A stretch of DNA of 64,000 nucleotides from Candidatus Omnitrophota bacterium (lineage in GTDB: Bacteria > Omnitrophota > Gorgyraeia > Gygaellales > Profunditerraquicolaceae): contig JAQURC010000004.1 of the NCBI GenBank assembly GCA_028715785.1, positions 21,885-85,884 of the forward strand, in the 5' to 3' direction. Below, piece after piece: positions 48,200 through 57,174 of this stretch. The position numbers were made by a program, and so were the translations under genes. The notes under the pieces were generated by a model that saw only the letters and a program-made list of their open reading frames with translations, was not told the DNA's origin and made no database searches. Numbering within the stretch: position 1 is the stretch's first letter; the number at the start of each line of letters is the position of its first letter.

Positions 48200-49729
48200 A
48201 TGGAAAAACGCTTAGTTTTAGCTATTGGTTTGTCGCTTTTAGTATTATTGAGTTGGTCAGCCTTGATGCCTAAACCGCAACCAATTGATAATAAAGGAGT
48301 TACCGCGCCAGGTTCGCAGTTACAAACATTGCCGCCGGGCAGCTCTCCTGTTCTTCAGCCCACAATTGCCACTTCACCTCTTACGGATGTTATAAAAGAG
48401 ACGGTAAAATTTACCCAAGATAAACGCGAAATCATTTTTAACCCGGAGAGAGGTGCTATTTTAGAAGTGATTTTTAAGAATAATCTCGAGCACCGCCTGC
48501 CGCTTAAAATCGGTTTTCTGAGCGATAATAACCTTGTCTTTAAACAACAAAGCATGACGGGGGAGAGCATTACCTTTGTCCATGAAGATCAAAATAGGCG
48601 GATTATCAAGAAATTTATTATTCCTAACAATAGTTACGCCATAGAGTTAACAATTAAGGTTCAAAATTTATCCTCCTCTCCTTTAGTGCTAAATCCGCAA
48701 TTAGTTTTGGGCCGCCTGGATTTATCCGCCAAAAATCCGCAAGCGCGCTATCAAGACGTGCTTATCGGTGGAAAGGAAAAGACGGTTCATCTTTCGGCAG
48801 GAAAAGATTCCAGCAGTCAGAATGTCCAATTTGTGGGCTTGCGCGATCAGTATTTTTGCGCCATTGTTGAACCTGTTGATGTAGCAGCTGGTGCGTATGT
48901 TAAAAAAATTAACCCACAAGAATCCGAAATTGGATTAGTGACAAATGAACTAACCTTAAAACCTGGAACTCAGATTGGACATTCATATCGTGTTTACTTG
49001 GGGCCTCAAGATTTAAATATATTAAATAGTATTAATCCAGAATGGACAGCAATTATTTATTTTGGTACATTTGATTTTATTGCGCAGTTGCTATTACAAC
49101 TGCTTGGATTCTTCTATGGCTTGGTTCACAATTGGGGCTGGGCGATAATTATTTTAAGCATCGCGGTTTATCTCCTGTTATTTCCTCTATCACTTAAGCA
49201 AATGCGTTCGATGAAAGAGATGCAGGTTTTGCAGCCTAAAATCGAGGCTATGCGCAAGGAGTTTAAAGACAATCCGCAAAGATTAAATAAGGAAATAATG
49301 CAACTTTATAAGGAACATAAAGTTAACCCTCTTAGCGGTTGCCTGCCGCTTTTATTGCAAATGCCCATATTTTTTGCCCTTTATCAGGCATTGATCCGTT
49401 CAGTAGCTTTAAGAGGGGCGCATTTTTGGTGGATTACGGACCTATCTTCACCGGATAAGCTTTTTGTTTTCAAAAATTCGATACCTTTTTTAGGCAATCA
49501 GTTAAATATCCTTCCAATTCTAATGGCTATTGGGATGTATGTGCAACAGAAGATATCTATGGGAAAGGCGGTTGGAGAAGCTGCTCAGCAACAGAAGATA
49601 ATGTCCATTATTATGCCGATCATGTTTGGAGTGATTTTCTATCAAATGCCATCGGGGTTAGTGCTTTATTGGTTTGTAAATAGCATATTGATGTTGGGCT
49701 ACCAATTTCGTATTAATAGTCAAAAATGA
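48200..49729 (+). CDS. yidC: Membrane protein insertase YidC.
   Basis: N-terminal TM, a large periplasmic domain and the C-terminal 60-kDa IMP core with 5 TMs. 509 aa. Confidence 0.9.
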   Translation: MEKRLVLAIGLSLLVLLSWSALMPKPQPIDNKGVTAPGSQLQTLPPGSSPVLQPTIATSPLTDVIKETVKFTQDKREIIFNPERGAILEVIFKNNLEHRLPLKIGFLSDNNLVFKQQSMTGESITFVHEDQNRRIIKKFIIPNNSYAIELTIKVQNLSSSPLVLNPQLVLGRLDLSAKNPQARYQDVLIGGKEKTVHLSAGKDSSSQNVQFVGLRDQYFCAIVEPVDVAAGAYVKKINPQESEIGLVTNELTLKPGTQIGHSYRVYLGPQDLNILNSINPEWTAIIYFGTFDFIAQLLLQLLGFFYGLVHNWGWAIIILSIAVYLLLFPLSLKQMRSMKEMQVLQPKIEAMRKEFKDNPQRLNKEIMQLYKEHKVNPLSGCLPLLLQMPIFFALYQALIRSVALRGAHFWWITDLSSPDKLFVFKNSIPFLGNQLNILPILMAIGMYVQQKISMGKAVGEAAQQQKIMSIIMPIMFGVIFYQMPSGLVLYWFVNSILMLGYQFRINSQK

Positions 49730-49926
49730 AAAAAGCAAAATACGTGGAATCTGAAGGTAAAACCATGGAAGAGGCGATTGAAAAGGCCCTAAAAGCATTA
49801 AAATTGCCTCGCAGCCAGGTTAAAATCGAGAGTCTGTCCGAAGAGAAAAAAGGCCTTTTTGGTATGCCCGGAGCTAAGCCGGCAAAAGTACGCGTAAGTG
49901 TGATTTCGAGCAAAGAAAACACTTGA
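49726..49926 (+). CDS. Jag/KhpB N-terminal-domain-only protein.
   Basis: EGKTMEEAIEKALKALKLPRSQVKIESLSEEKKGLFGMPGAKPAKVRV matches the Jag_N domain. No KH or R3H domains follow. Confidence 0.6.
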   Translation: MKKAKYVESEGKTMEEAIEKALKALKLPRSQVKIESLSEEKKGLFGMPGAKPAKVRVSVISSKENT

Positions 49927-50006
49927 CAACTGTTTTTGTTCTGAGATAATTGATTTAGTTGAAAGATATGTTCCGTGTGGAACATATTATAACTATAATA
50001 ATATCA

Positions 50007-50798
50007 ATGGGTAAGATAATTACAATCTGCAACCAGAAAGGCGGGGTAGGAAAAACTACCACTTCGATTAACCTCGCGGCATATCTGGCGATGGCCGGAA
50101 AGAAGGTTATGCTCATTGATTTAGATCCTCAGGCCAATGCTACCAGCGGTATAGGAATAAACAAGCACGACATTCAAAAAAGCACTTATCATATTTTACT
50201 TGAAGAAGCAAAACTCGCCGATATTTTACAAAAAACCGCAATTGATAATTTAGTATTAGCTCCTTCTAATTTAGATTTGACCGGCGCAGAAGTAGAACTG
50301 GTCGGGGCATTGGGACGGGAATATAGGTTAAAGAGGGCGCTGCAAATTGAAAAAAATAATTATGATTTTATGATTATCGATTCCCCGCCTTCTTTAGGAC
50401 TGCTGACGATTAATGGATTATGCGCCGCTGACTCCGTAATCATTCCTGTCCAATGTGAATATTATGCCTTAGAAGGATTAACGCAACTACATAATACTAT
50501 TAGGCTTGTGAAAGAAAACCTTAATCCTTCTCTAAGTGTGGAAGGGGTGCTTTTAACCATGGCAGATTTTCGCACTAACCTGACCAAGGAAGTTATTCAG
50601 GAAGCGCGCGCTCATTTTAAAGATAAAGTTTATAGCACGGTTATCCCCAGGAATATTCGGCTTACCGAGGCTCCGAGTTTTGGCAAACCCATTATTTTAT
50701 ATGATAGCAATTCTCTGGGGGCGCAGAAGTACGAAGAGCTGAGTAAAGAAATTTTGGGTTCACCAGTAAATTCACCAATTCCAACACCCCGCGCTTAG
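50007..50798 (+). CDS. parA: Chromosome partitioning ATPase ParA (Soj).
   Basis: Deviant Walker A KGGVGKTT. The start is chosen at MGKIITI (50007). The track ORF begins earlier, at 49959. Confidence 0.85.
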   Translation: MGKIITICNQKGGVGKTTTSINLAAYLAMAGKKVMLIDLDPQANATSGIGINKHDIQKSTYHILLEEAKLADILQKTAIDNLVLAPSNLDLTGAEVELVGALGREYRLKRALQIEKNNYDFMIIDSPPSLGLLTINGLCAADSVIIPVQCEYYALEGLTQLHNTIRLVKENLNPSLSVEGVLLTMADFRTNLTKEVIQEARAHFKDKVYSTVIPRNIRLTEAPSFGKPIILYDSNSLGAQKYEELSKEILGSPVNSPIPTPRA

Positions 50799-50828
50799 AA
50801 GGTGTTGCGCGGGTGTGCCCTTGTGGGC
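50783..50828. repeat. GC-rich hairpin repeat family R2, copy a. It overlaps the last codons and stop of parA and ends 8 nt before the parB SD.
   Basis: AACACCCCGCGCTTAGAAGGTGTTGCGCGGGTGTGCCCTTGTGGGC is 44/46 identical to 57908-57953. A 10-bp GC stem with one bulge is followed by a GCCC-TTGT-GGGC minihairpin. Confidence 0.8.
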
Positions 50829-50844
50829 AAAAAGGAGCGGTTTA

Positions 50845-51702
50845 ATGGAGAGAAGAGCTTTAGGAAAAGGCCTGGCAGCGTTAATTCCCGAAAAAGCAGC
50901 TGATACCACGATACATAAAGAAGAAATTATTTATGTCCAGTTTGGACAAATAAAACCAAATCCATTTCAACCGCGGGAAGATTTTGATCCGCAAAGCATT
51001 GAAGAGCTGGCCCAGTCGATTAAAGAGAAAGGCGTTATTCAGCCGCTTTTAGTCAGGCAAAGAGGGGATAATTATGAATTAATTGCCGGAGAAAGAAGGT
51101 TACGTGCAGCTAACTCCTTGGGGCTCAAAGAGATACCAGTTATTGTACGCGATGTAAGCGACCAGGACTCTCTGGAATTAGCCTTGATTGAAAATATCCA
51201 AAGAGAAGGATTAAACCCCATTGAAGAAGCGCATGCCTATCAACACCTGATCGATAAATTCCAGGTCAGCCAGGAGAAGATCAGCGAGGCTTTAGGCAAG
51301 GCCAGGGTTTCGATTACCAATACCCTGCGTTTGCTTAAGCTCCCGCATGAAATTCAGGAGGAGATGAAAAAAGGCCGCATTAGTTTTGCCCATGGCCGCG
51401 CCCTGCTTGAGGTTGAAGACGCAAACGATCAGCGCAGGCTCACCCAGGATATTATTTCTAAAGGGCTTTCAGTGCGCGAACTGGAGAACCTGATTAAAAG
51501 CAAACGGCCCAAATCAATCAAAAGAAGCATCGGGCCAGGCCAGCGTGAACCGATAGTGGCGGTTTTGGAAGAACAACTGCAGCATGCCTTGGCCACCAAA
51601 GTCAGGATCAGCAAGAGAAAGAAACGCGGGCATATCAATATCGAGTTTTATTCACAGGAAGATTTGGAGCGCATAGTCAATGTCATTAAAGGAGGAAAAT
51701 AG
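50845..51702 (+). CDS. parB: Chromosome partitioning protein ParB (Spo0J).
   Basis: ParB box GERRLRA and an HTH. The start is chosen at MERRALGKG (50845), preceded by AAAAGGAG. The track ORF starts inside the R2 repeat, at 50815. Confidence 0.85.
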   Translation: MERRALGKGLAALIPEKAADTTIHKEEIIYVQFGQIKPNPFQPREDFDPQSIEELAQSIKEKGVIQPLLVRQRGDNYELIAGERRLRAANSLGLKEIPVIVRDVSDQDSLELALIENIQREGLNPIEEAHAYQHLIDKFQVSQEKISEALGKARVSITNTLRLLKLPHEIQEEMKKGRISFAHGRALLEVEDANDQRRLTQDIISKGLSVRELENLIKSKRPKSIKRSIGPGQREPIVAVLEEQLQHALATKVRISKRKKRGHINIEFYSQEDLERIVNVIKGGK

Positions 51703-51705
51703 ATA

Positions 51706-52209
51706 ATGGACCAGGCAGTCTTAATTTTAATTAAGCCCGACGGGCTAAAGAAATCCCTGACGGGCAATATCCTTACGCGCCTGTCTGAGACCAAGCTTGA
51801 AATTGTTGCCGCAAAAATGGTGCGTGTATCCAAAGAGCTGGCCGAAGACCATTACAGGCATTTAAAAGACAAGCCTTTCTTTGACGAAATCATTAAATAT
51901 TTACGGGGAGAGCTGCATGACCGCAAAAAAGTTATGGCCCTGGTTTATTGGGGCAATGATGCGATAAAGAAATGCCGGGATTTAGCCGGCTCGACCAATC
52001 CCGAAGAAGCAGAGTCAACTTCTATCCGCGGTTCTTACGGCAGGATTACTACCGGCGGAGTTTATGAAAACGTAATCCATGTCTCATCCAATGATTCCGA
52101 AGCCGAAAGAGAGATCAAGCTTTGGTTTAGCCCCGATGAAATTATCGTGGACCTCTATGCGACAAAAAATATCGTGCAGAAGGAATTTAAGAATAGGGTT
52201 TGGGCTTAA
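51706..52209 (+). CDS. ndk: Nucleoside diphosphate kinase.
   Basis: LILIKPDG and NVIHVSSNDSEAEREIKLWF, with the active-site His in NVIH. 167 aa. Confidence 0.8.
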   Translation: MDQAVLILIKPDGLKKSLTGNILTRLSETKLEIVAAKMVRVSKELAEDHYRHLKDKPFFDEIIKYLRGELHDRKKVMALVYWGNDAIKKCRDLAGSTNPEEAESTSIRGSYGRITTGGVYENVIHVSSNDSEAEREIKLWFSPDEIIVDLYATKNIVQKEFKNRVWA

Positions 52210-53048
52210 GAATGGGAAAAACGATCAGCAGTATGACCGGTTTTGGCAGCCACGAGGTAGAAATTGATTCTGTGGGCAGAATCAGCGTGGAATTAAGATG
52301 CACTAACCATAAATTTTTGGAGGCAGTTTTTAATTTACCCGAAGGATGGATCTCTCTGGAGGATAAATTCAAAAAAGAAATCGAAGGTAAAATCAGCCGG
52401 GGCAGGATTTATTGCGCCATCAACATACGGGAGCAGGTGGCGCAGGGGATATTTGTAAACCGCAAGCTGCTCAAAAATTATTTGCACCAGCTAAATAGCA
52501 TCAAGAAAGAATTCAGGATTAACGATGGCCTGACCCTCGATTCATTGATCCGGCTGCCGGGGATTTTATCGCTTAAAGAAAATAAACCCACAGGCGGACA
52601 CGTCTGGGAACAACTGAAACCCATCTTTTTGCAAGCGCTTACGGGATTGTTGAGCGCCCGTCATAAGGAGGGCAGCGCCTTGGCCTGTTTGCTAAAAAAC
52701 AGAAGCCAGCAGTTGAAGAAAGACCTAACTTTTATTAAACAGCGTTTTACAGTGGCGATAAAAAACAGGCTTGATAAGATCCCGGCTCAAGAAGAACGCT
52801 CGGCTTTTTTAAAAGGGGCGGATATTGCCGAAGAGATCGACCGCCTGCATTTTCACATAAACAATTTTCAGCAAAAGATTGTCAAAGGCGGCGTGGTTGG
52901 CAAAGAGCTGGATTTTATCACCCAGGAGATGCAGCGGGAGGCCAACACCTTGGCGGCAAAATCATTTGATCTGGCTATTTCGGGCCGGGCAGTGCAGATG
53001 AAAAGCCAAATTGAGAAGATCCGCGAACAGGTGCAAAATATAGAGTAG
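52200..53048 (+). CDS. yicC: YicC-family stress-induced protein.
   Basis: MTGFGSHEVEIDSVGRISVELRCTNHKFLE, the YicC N-domain, and the DUF1732 C-terminal region. 282 aa. Confidence 0.8.
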   Translation: MGLRMGKTISSMTGFGSHEVEIDSVGRISVELRCTNHKFLEAVFNLPEGWISLEDKFKKEIEGKISRGRIYCAINIREQVAQGIFVNRKLLKNYLHQLNSIKKEFRINDGLTLDSLIRLPGILSLKENKPTGGHVWEQLKPIFLQALTGLLSARHKEGSALACLLKNRSQQLKKDLTFIKQRFTVAIKNRLDKIPAQEERSAFLKGADIAEEIDRLHFHINNFQQKIVKGGVVGKELDFITQEMQREANTLAAKSFDLAISGRAVQMKSQIEKIREQVQNIE

Positions 53049-53647
53049 TGAAAGCCGACAAAAGACAAAACAAGCCGGGCAAAATTTTTGTTATCTGCGG
53101 GCCGTCAGGCTCCGGCAAAACCACCCTTCTGACCAGCTTAATCCAAGATAAAAAAATAGGCAAGTTGCTTGCAAAGTCACGCTCTCTTACCACCCGCCCA
53201 AAGCGCTCGGGAGAAAAGCAGGGCAGGGACTATTTTTTTGTTACCGCTCCGGAGTTCCGGCGGCTGTTAAAAGCAAAAAAAATTCTTGAATGGACCAGGT
53301 ATTTGGGCTATTATTACGGAACGCCCAGGGAGCCGCTGGAGAGCCAAATTAAAGGCGGCAGAAACCTCGGTTTATGTTTGGATCTTAAGGGCGCCCGGAT
53401 CCTTAAAAAAATATATCCTAAAAACACGGTAACGGTTTTTGTTTTACCGCCTTCGCTTAATGTGCTTAAAGCCAGGATCGAAAACCGCTGCAGCAAGACC
53501 AATAAAAAAGAGGTAGCCCGGCGCATACGCCTTGCGCGCAGGGAGCTATTGGCAGCTTCCGGTTTTGACTACTGCATCCTGAATCAAAACCTGCAAATCG
53601 CACTCAAAGAGTTAAAAGATATATTTTTACAAGAGATCGGCGCTTAA
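53048..53647 (+). CDS. gmk: Guanylate kinase.
   Basis: P-loop GPSGSGKTT and SLTTRPKRSGEKQGRDYFFV. Confidence 0.85.
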   Translation: MKADKRQNKPGKIFVICGPSGSGKTTLLTSLIQDKKIGKLLAKSRSLTTRPKRSGEKQGRDYFFVTAPEFRRLLKAKKILEWTRYLGYYYGTPREPLESQIKGGRNLGLCLDLKGARILKKIYPKNTVTVFVLPPSLNVLKARIENRCSKTNKKEVARRIRLARRELLAASGFDYCILNQNLQIALKELKDIFLQEIGA

Positions 53648-53671
53648 CATTTTACTTTTGGGGGGGTAAAG

Positions 53672-53881
53672 ATGGGTTATCAGGGCAGGGAGAAGATGTT
53701 AGACAAGAGCATGGGGTCAATTTATAAACTGGTAATTTTGGCTTCTAAAAGGGCTTTGGAGATCGCCGAAGGCCAGCCAAAATTAGTGGCAGATGATGCT
53801 TCGGTAAAGCCTTCTACCGTGGCTTTACATGAAATTACCGAAGGTAAGATCGAGGCCAGAAAAACAAAGGCAAAAGAATAA
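53672..53881 (+). CDS. rpoZ: DNA-directed RNA polymerase omega subunit.
   Basis: SIYKLVILASKRALEI matches the RpoZ core, in the conserved gmk-rpoZ context. 69 aa. Confidence 0.75.
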   Translation: MGYQGREKMLDKSMGSIYKLVILASKRALEIAEGQPKLVADDASVKPSTVALHEITEGKIEARKTKAKE

Positions 53882-54426
53882 TGGCCAAAACAGAGAAGAA
53901 TATCATTTTGGGAGTAACTGCCAGTATTGCTATTTATAAAGCCTGCGAGCTGGTCCGGATGCTCAAAAAATGCGGCTTTACCGTCAATGTGGTGATGACC
54001 AAAGAAGCTCAGGAGTTGATTAAGCCGGTTGTTTTTCAAGCCTTGAGCGGCAACCGGGTCTATCGGGGCGGAATATTTGACGAGCAGGATACCTGGGAAA
54101 TTGAGCACATATCCTTGGCGGAAAAAGCGGACCTGATTTTGATTGCTCCGGCAACCGCCAATATCATCGCCAAACTTGCCTGCGGTATCTGCGATGATCT
54201 TTTAAGCTGCACGGTCTGCGCAAGCAGGGCCAGGGTTTTGATCGCTCCGGCGATGAATGAGAATATGTACAAAAATAAGATCACCCAAAGCAATATCGCG
54301 AAATTAAAATCCCGCGGTTATAAATTTATCGGCCCGGTTAGCGGAATGCTTGCTTGCGGGGCGGCGGGGGTGGGTTGTTTGGCGGAGACTGAAGAGATTG
54401 TCAAGCAGGTGAAAAAAATATTATAA
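53881..54426 (+). CDS. coaC: Phosphopantothenoylcysteine decarboxylase flavoprotein (CoaC domain only, not fused to CoaB).
   Basis: IILGVTASIAIYKACELVRMLKK, PAMNENMY and a substrate-recognition clamp with ACG. 181 aa. Confidence 0.75.
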   Translation: MAKTEKNIILGVTASIAIYKACELVRMLKKCGFTVNVVMTKEAQELIKPVVFQALSGNRVYRGGIFDEQDTWEIEHISLAEKADLILIAPATANIIAKLACGICDDLLSCTVCASRARVLIAPAMNENMYKNKITQSNIAKLKSRGYKFIGPVSGMLACGAAGVGCLAETEEIVKQVKKIL

Positions 54427-54430
54427 TTTT

Positions 54431-54505
54431 GGCGACGTAGCCAAGTGGTAAGGCAGTTGTCTGCAAAACAACTATTCAGCGGTCCGATTCCGCTCGTCGC
54501 CTCCA
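54431..54505 (+). tRNA. tRNA-Cys (anticodon GCA), with encoded CCA.
   Basis: GGCGACGTAGCCAAGTGGTAAGGCAGTTGTCTGCAAAACAACTATTCAGCGGTCCGATTCCGCTCGTCGCCTCCA. The anticodon loop is CUGCAAA. Confidence 0.85.
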
Positions 54506-54520
54506 AATTTTTGTTGAAAA

Positions 54521-55195
54521 ATGCCGCAAAAAAGAAAAGAATTAAAAATTGAAGGGGCTAATCTTTGGTATCTGGTAGGGTTGATTACCAGCGACGGATG
54601 TTTATCGAAAGATGGTAGGCATGTAGATATTACATCTAGCGACCATGACTTTCTTAGCAAAATAAAAAACAAATTTAGCTTAACAAATAGAATAGGCATT
54701 AAGAATAAAGAAAAGATCAACTTAGCGTATTATATACAGATATCCAATAAGAATTTTTATGATTTTTTATTATCAATTGGTTTGATTCCAAATAAGTCCT
54801 TAACTTTAGGCAGACTTGATGTTCCCAAAGAATTTTTTAATGATTTTTTAAGGGGTTTAATAGGCGGGGATGGTTCATTGCGTAGTTGGCGACATGCAAC
54901 AAATTTACACATGCAGTGGTCTTTGAGTGTATTTTCAGCATCTGAAGTATTTATCAAATGGCTGCAAACCGTAATAGAAGCATATTTGAGTTGCAGAGGA
55001 AAGATACATTCTGTATTAAGGCCCGATCGTATCAACCCTATTTATACACTAAAATATGGTAAAATGGCTGCGAAAGAGATTACGAAACACTGTTATTATG
55101 AAAATTGTTTTGGTTTAGACAGAAAAATAAAATTAGCACAAGAGTGCCTTGGCTCATATGGGGGTTGGACTCAAAGTAAAACAGTTCTTAATTAA
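54521..55195 (+). CDS. Free-standing double-motif LAGLIDADG homing endonuclease.
   Basis: Motif 1 LVGLITSDGCL and motif 2 FLRGLIGGDGSL are about 95 aa apart. 224 aa. The region is visibly AT-rich relative to its flanks. Confidence 0.8.
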   Translation: MPQKRKELKIEGANLWYLVGLITSDGCLSKDGRHVDITSSDHDFLSKIKNKFSLTNRIGIKNKEKINLAYYIQISNKNFYDFLLSIGLIPNKSLTLGRLDVPKEFFNDFLRGLIGGDGSLRSWRHATNLHMQWSLSVFSASEVFIKWLQTVIEAYLSCRGKIHSVLRPDRINPIYTLKYGKMAAKEITKHCYYENCFGLDRKIKLAQECLGSYGGWTQSKTVLN

Positions 55196-55206
55196 AATTT
55201 AATATT

Positions 55207-55289
55207 GGGCAGGTGTTGGAATGGCAGACAATGGAGACTTAAAATCTCCCGTTCGCAAGAGCATGAGGGTTCGACTCCCTCCCTGCCCA
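55207..55289 (+). tRNA. tRNA-Leu (anticodon TAA), type II with a long variable arm, CCA not encoded.
   Basis: GGGCAGGTGTTGGAATGGCAGACAATGGAGACTTAAAATCTCC-CGTTCGCAAGAGCAT-GAGGGTTCGACTCCCTCCCTGCCCA. The anticodon loop is CUUAAAA. The gene is continuous, with no intron. Confidence 0.8.
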
Positions 55290-55298
55290 CTAAAATCA

Positions 55299-55372
55299 GG
55301 GCTCATAGCTCAGTTGGTTAGAGCGTTGCGTTGACATCGCAAAGGTCAGTGGTTCAAGTCCACTTGGGCCCA
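55299..55372 (+). tRNA. tRNA-Val (anticodon GAC), CCA not encoded.
   Basis: GGGCTCATAGCTCAGTTGGTTAGAGCGTTGCGTTGACATCGCAAAGGTCAGTGGTTCAAGTCCACTTGGGCCCA. The anticodon loop is UUGACAU. Confidence 0.85.
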
Positions 55373-55399
55373 ATTAAACTTTTTTATTAAGTATAAAAT

Positions 55400-57160
55400 A
55401 TGGATCTATCTACTTTAAGGCATTCATGTTCCCATGTTCTGGCTCAGGCGGTAAAAGAGCTGTGGCCAGAGGTAAAATTAGCCATTGGCCCGGCAATCGA
55501 AGACGGATTTTACTATGATTTTGATAAAGAGGGGCCTTTTAGCGACGAGGATCTGTTGGCGATTGAAGAGAAGATGCGCCAGATTATCGCAAAAAATGAG
55601 CCTTTTTTACGCGAAGAATTAGATAAGGCCCAGGCAATCAAATTATTTAAGCAGCTAAAAGAAGATTATAAGGTCCAGCTTATCCAGGATTTAGCGGGCC
55701 AGGCGATTTCTATTTATAAAACCGGCCAGGCTTTTTTGGATCTTTGCCGCGGGCCGCATATAAAATCTACCGGAGAAATCAAGGTTTTTAAGCTGTTGTC
55801 GGTTGCCGGGGCTTATTGGCACGGGATTGAAACTAACCCCATGCTGCAGAGGATTTACGGCACCTGTTTTAATTCGCAAAAAGAGCTGGATGAGTATTTA
55901 AAAAATTTAGAGGAAGCGAAATCGCGCGACCACCGAAAATTGGGTCCGCAATTAGGGTTCTTTGATATTTATCATGAGCAGGCAGGTGCAGGGCTGGTGT
56001 TTTATCATCCCAAGGGAGCGCTCCTGCGCACGATCATCGAGGATTACGAGAGAAAAGAGCATTTAAAACGCGGATACCAGATTGTAATTACCCCGCATAT
56101 CATGGATGCTGCCCTCTGGAAAACCAGCGGCCATTATGATTATTACAAAGAAAACATGTACACCTTTGCTACCGAAGGCAAGGAGTTTGTTTTGAAGCCG
56201 ATGAATTGCCCGGGGCATATTTTGATCTATAAATCAAAAACCAGAAGTTATAAAGACCTGCCCATACGTTTATTTGAACTGGGTACGGTTTACCGCCGGG
56301 AAAAAGCGGGGGTTTTACACGGGCTGTTGCGCGTGCGCGGGTTTACCCAAGATGACGCCCACGTTTTCTGTTTACCCGAACAATTACCGGATGAAATTAA
56401 AAAAATCATCGATTTTGTTTTTGAAACAATGAAGGTATTTGGTTTTAATCAGTGGGGAGTGGAATTAAGCACCCGCCCTGAAAAATATATCGGCTCGGAG
56501 GAAGATTGGCAGAAGGCGACCGAGGCATTAGAAAATGCCTTAAAAGATAAAGGCATCCCTTATGAAATCAACCAGGGGGACGGCGCGTTTTACGGCCCGA
56601 AAATCGATATCAAGTTAAAAGACGCGCTGAAGAGGACCTGGCAATGCGCGACTATTCAATGCGACTTCGCGCTGCCTAAAAGATTTGATCTGGTTTATAT
56701 TGATACCGACGGAAAAGAAAAACAGCCGATCATGCTGCACCGTGTTCTATTGGGCAGCTTAGAGCGTTTTATCGGGGCTTTGATTGAGCATTATAAAGGA
56801 GAGCTGCCCTTATGGCTTAGCCCTTGCCAGGTTTTATTAATTCCGCTTAAAGAAACAGTTATTTCTTATGCTCAGACAGTAAAGAGCAAGTTGGAAGACA
56901 ATAATATACGCGTTGAACTGGATACGCGCAATGAAACCCTGAATAAAAAAATCCGTGAAGCCGAGCTGAATAAAATTCCCTACTGTTTAATTATCGGTGA
57001 GCGTGAAGCAAAACAGGAGCAGGTAAGCGTGCGTAAAAAAGGAAGCGGCCAGCGGCTTTGGCAAGAGGAAGCCAAACCACGGCCTGCCGGCCAGCAGGGC
57101 GCGGTTGCTTTAGATAAATTTATCGAGGAATTAACTAACCGGATTAAGGAGCATAAATAG
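55400..57160 (+). CDS. thrS: Threonine--tRNA ligase lacking the N-terminal TGS domain.
   Basis: Editing domain with HSCSHVLAQAV, class II catalytic core and a C-terminal anticodon-binding domain. At 586 aa it starts at the N2 domain. Confidence 0.85.
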   Translation: MDLSTLRHSCSHVLAQAVKELWPEVKLAIGPAIEDGFYYDFDKEGPFSDEDLLAIEEKMRQIIAKNEPFLREELDKAQAIKLFKQLKEDYKVQLIQDLAGQAISIYKTGQAFLDLCRGPHIKSTGEIKVFKLLSVAGAYWHGIETNPMLQRIYGTCFNSQKELDEYLKNLEEAKSRDHRKLGPQLGFFDIYHEQAGAGLVFYHPKGALLRTIIEDYERKEHLKRGYQIVITPHIMDAALWKTSGHYDYYKENMYTFATEGKEFVLKPMNCPGHILIYKSKTRSYKDLPIRLFELGTVYRREKAGVLHGLLRVRGFTQDDAHVFCLPEQLPDEIKKIIDFVFETMKVFGFNQWGVELSTRPEKYIGSEEDWQKATEALENALKDKGIPYEINQGDGAFYGPKIDIKLKDALKRTWQCATIQCDFALPKRFDLVYIDTDGKEKQPIMLHRVLLGSLERFIGALIEHYKGELPLWLSPCQVLLIPLKETVISYAQTVKSKLEDNNIRVELDTRNETLNKKIREAELNKIPYCLIIGEREAKQEQVSVRKKGSGQRLWQEEAKPRPAGQQGAVALDKFIEELTNRIKEHK

Positions 57161-57174
57161 AAAGGGAGGCTGCT

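Noticed and set aside
55207-55289. A group I intron in tRNA-Leu(UAA) hosting the LAGLIDADG ORF.
   Set aside because: The tRNA-Leu gene is continuous with an intact anticodon loop CUUAAAA, so the endonuclease ORF lies outside the tRNA.
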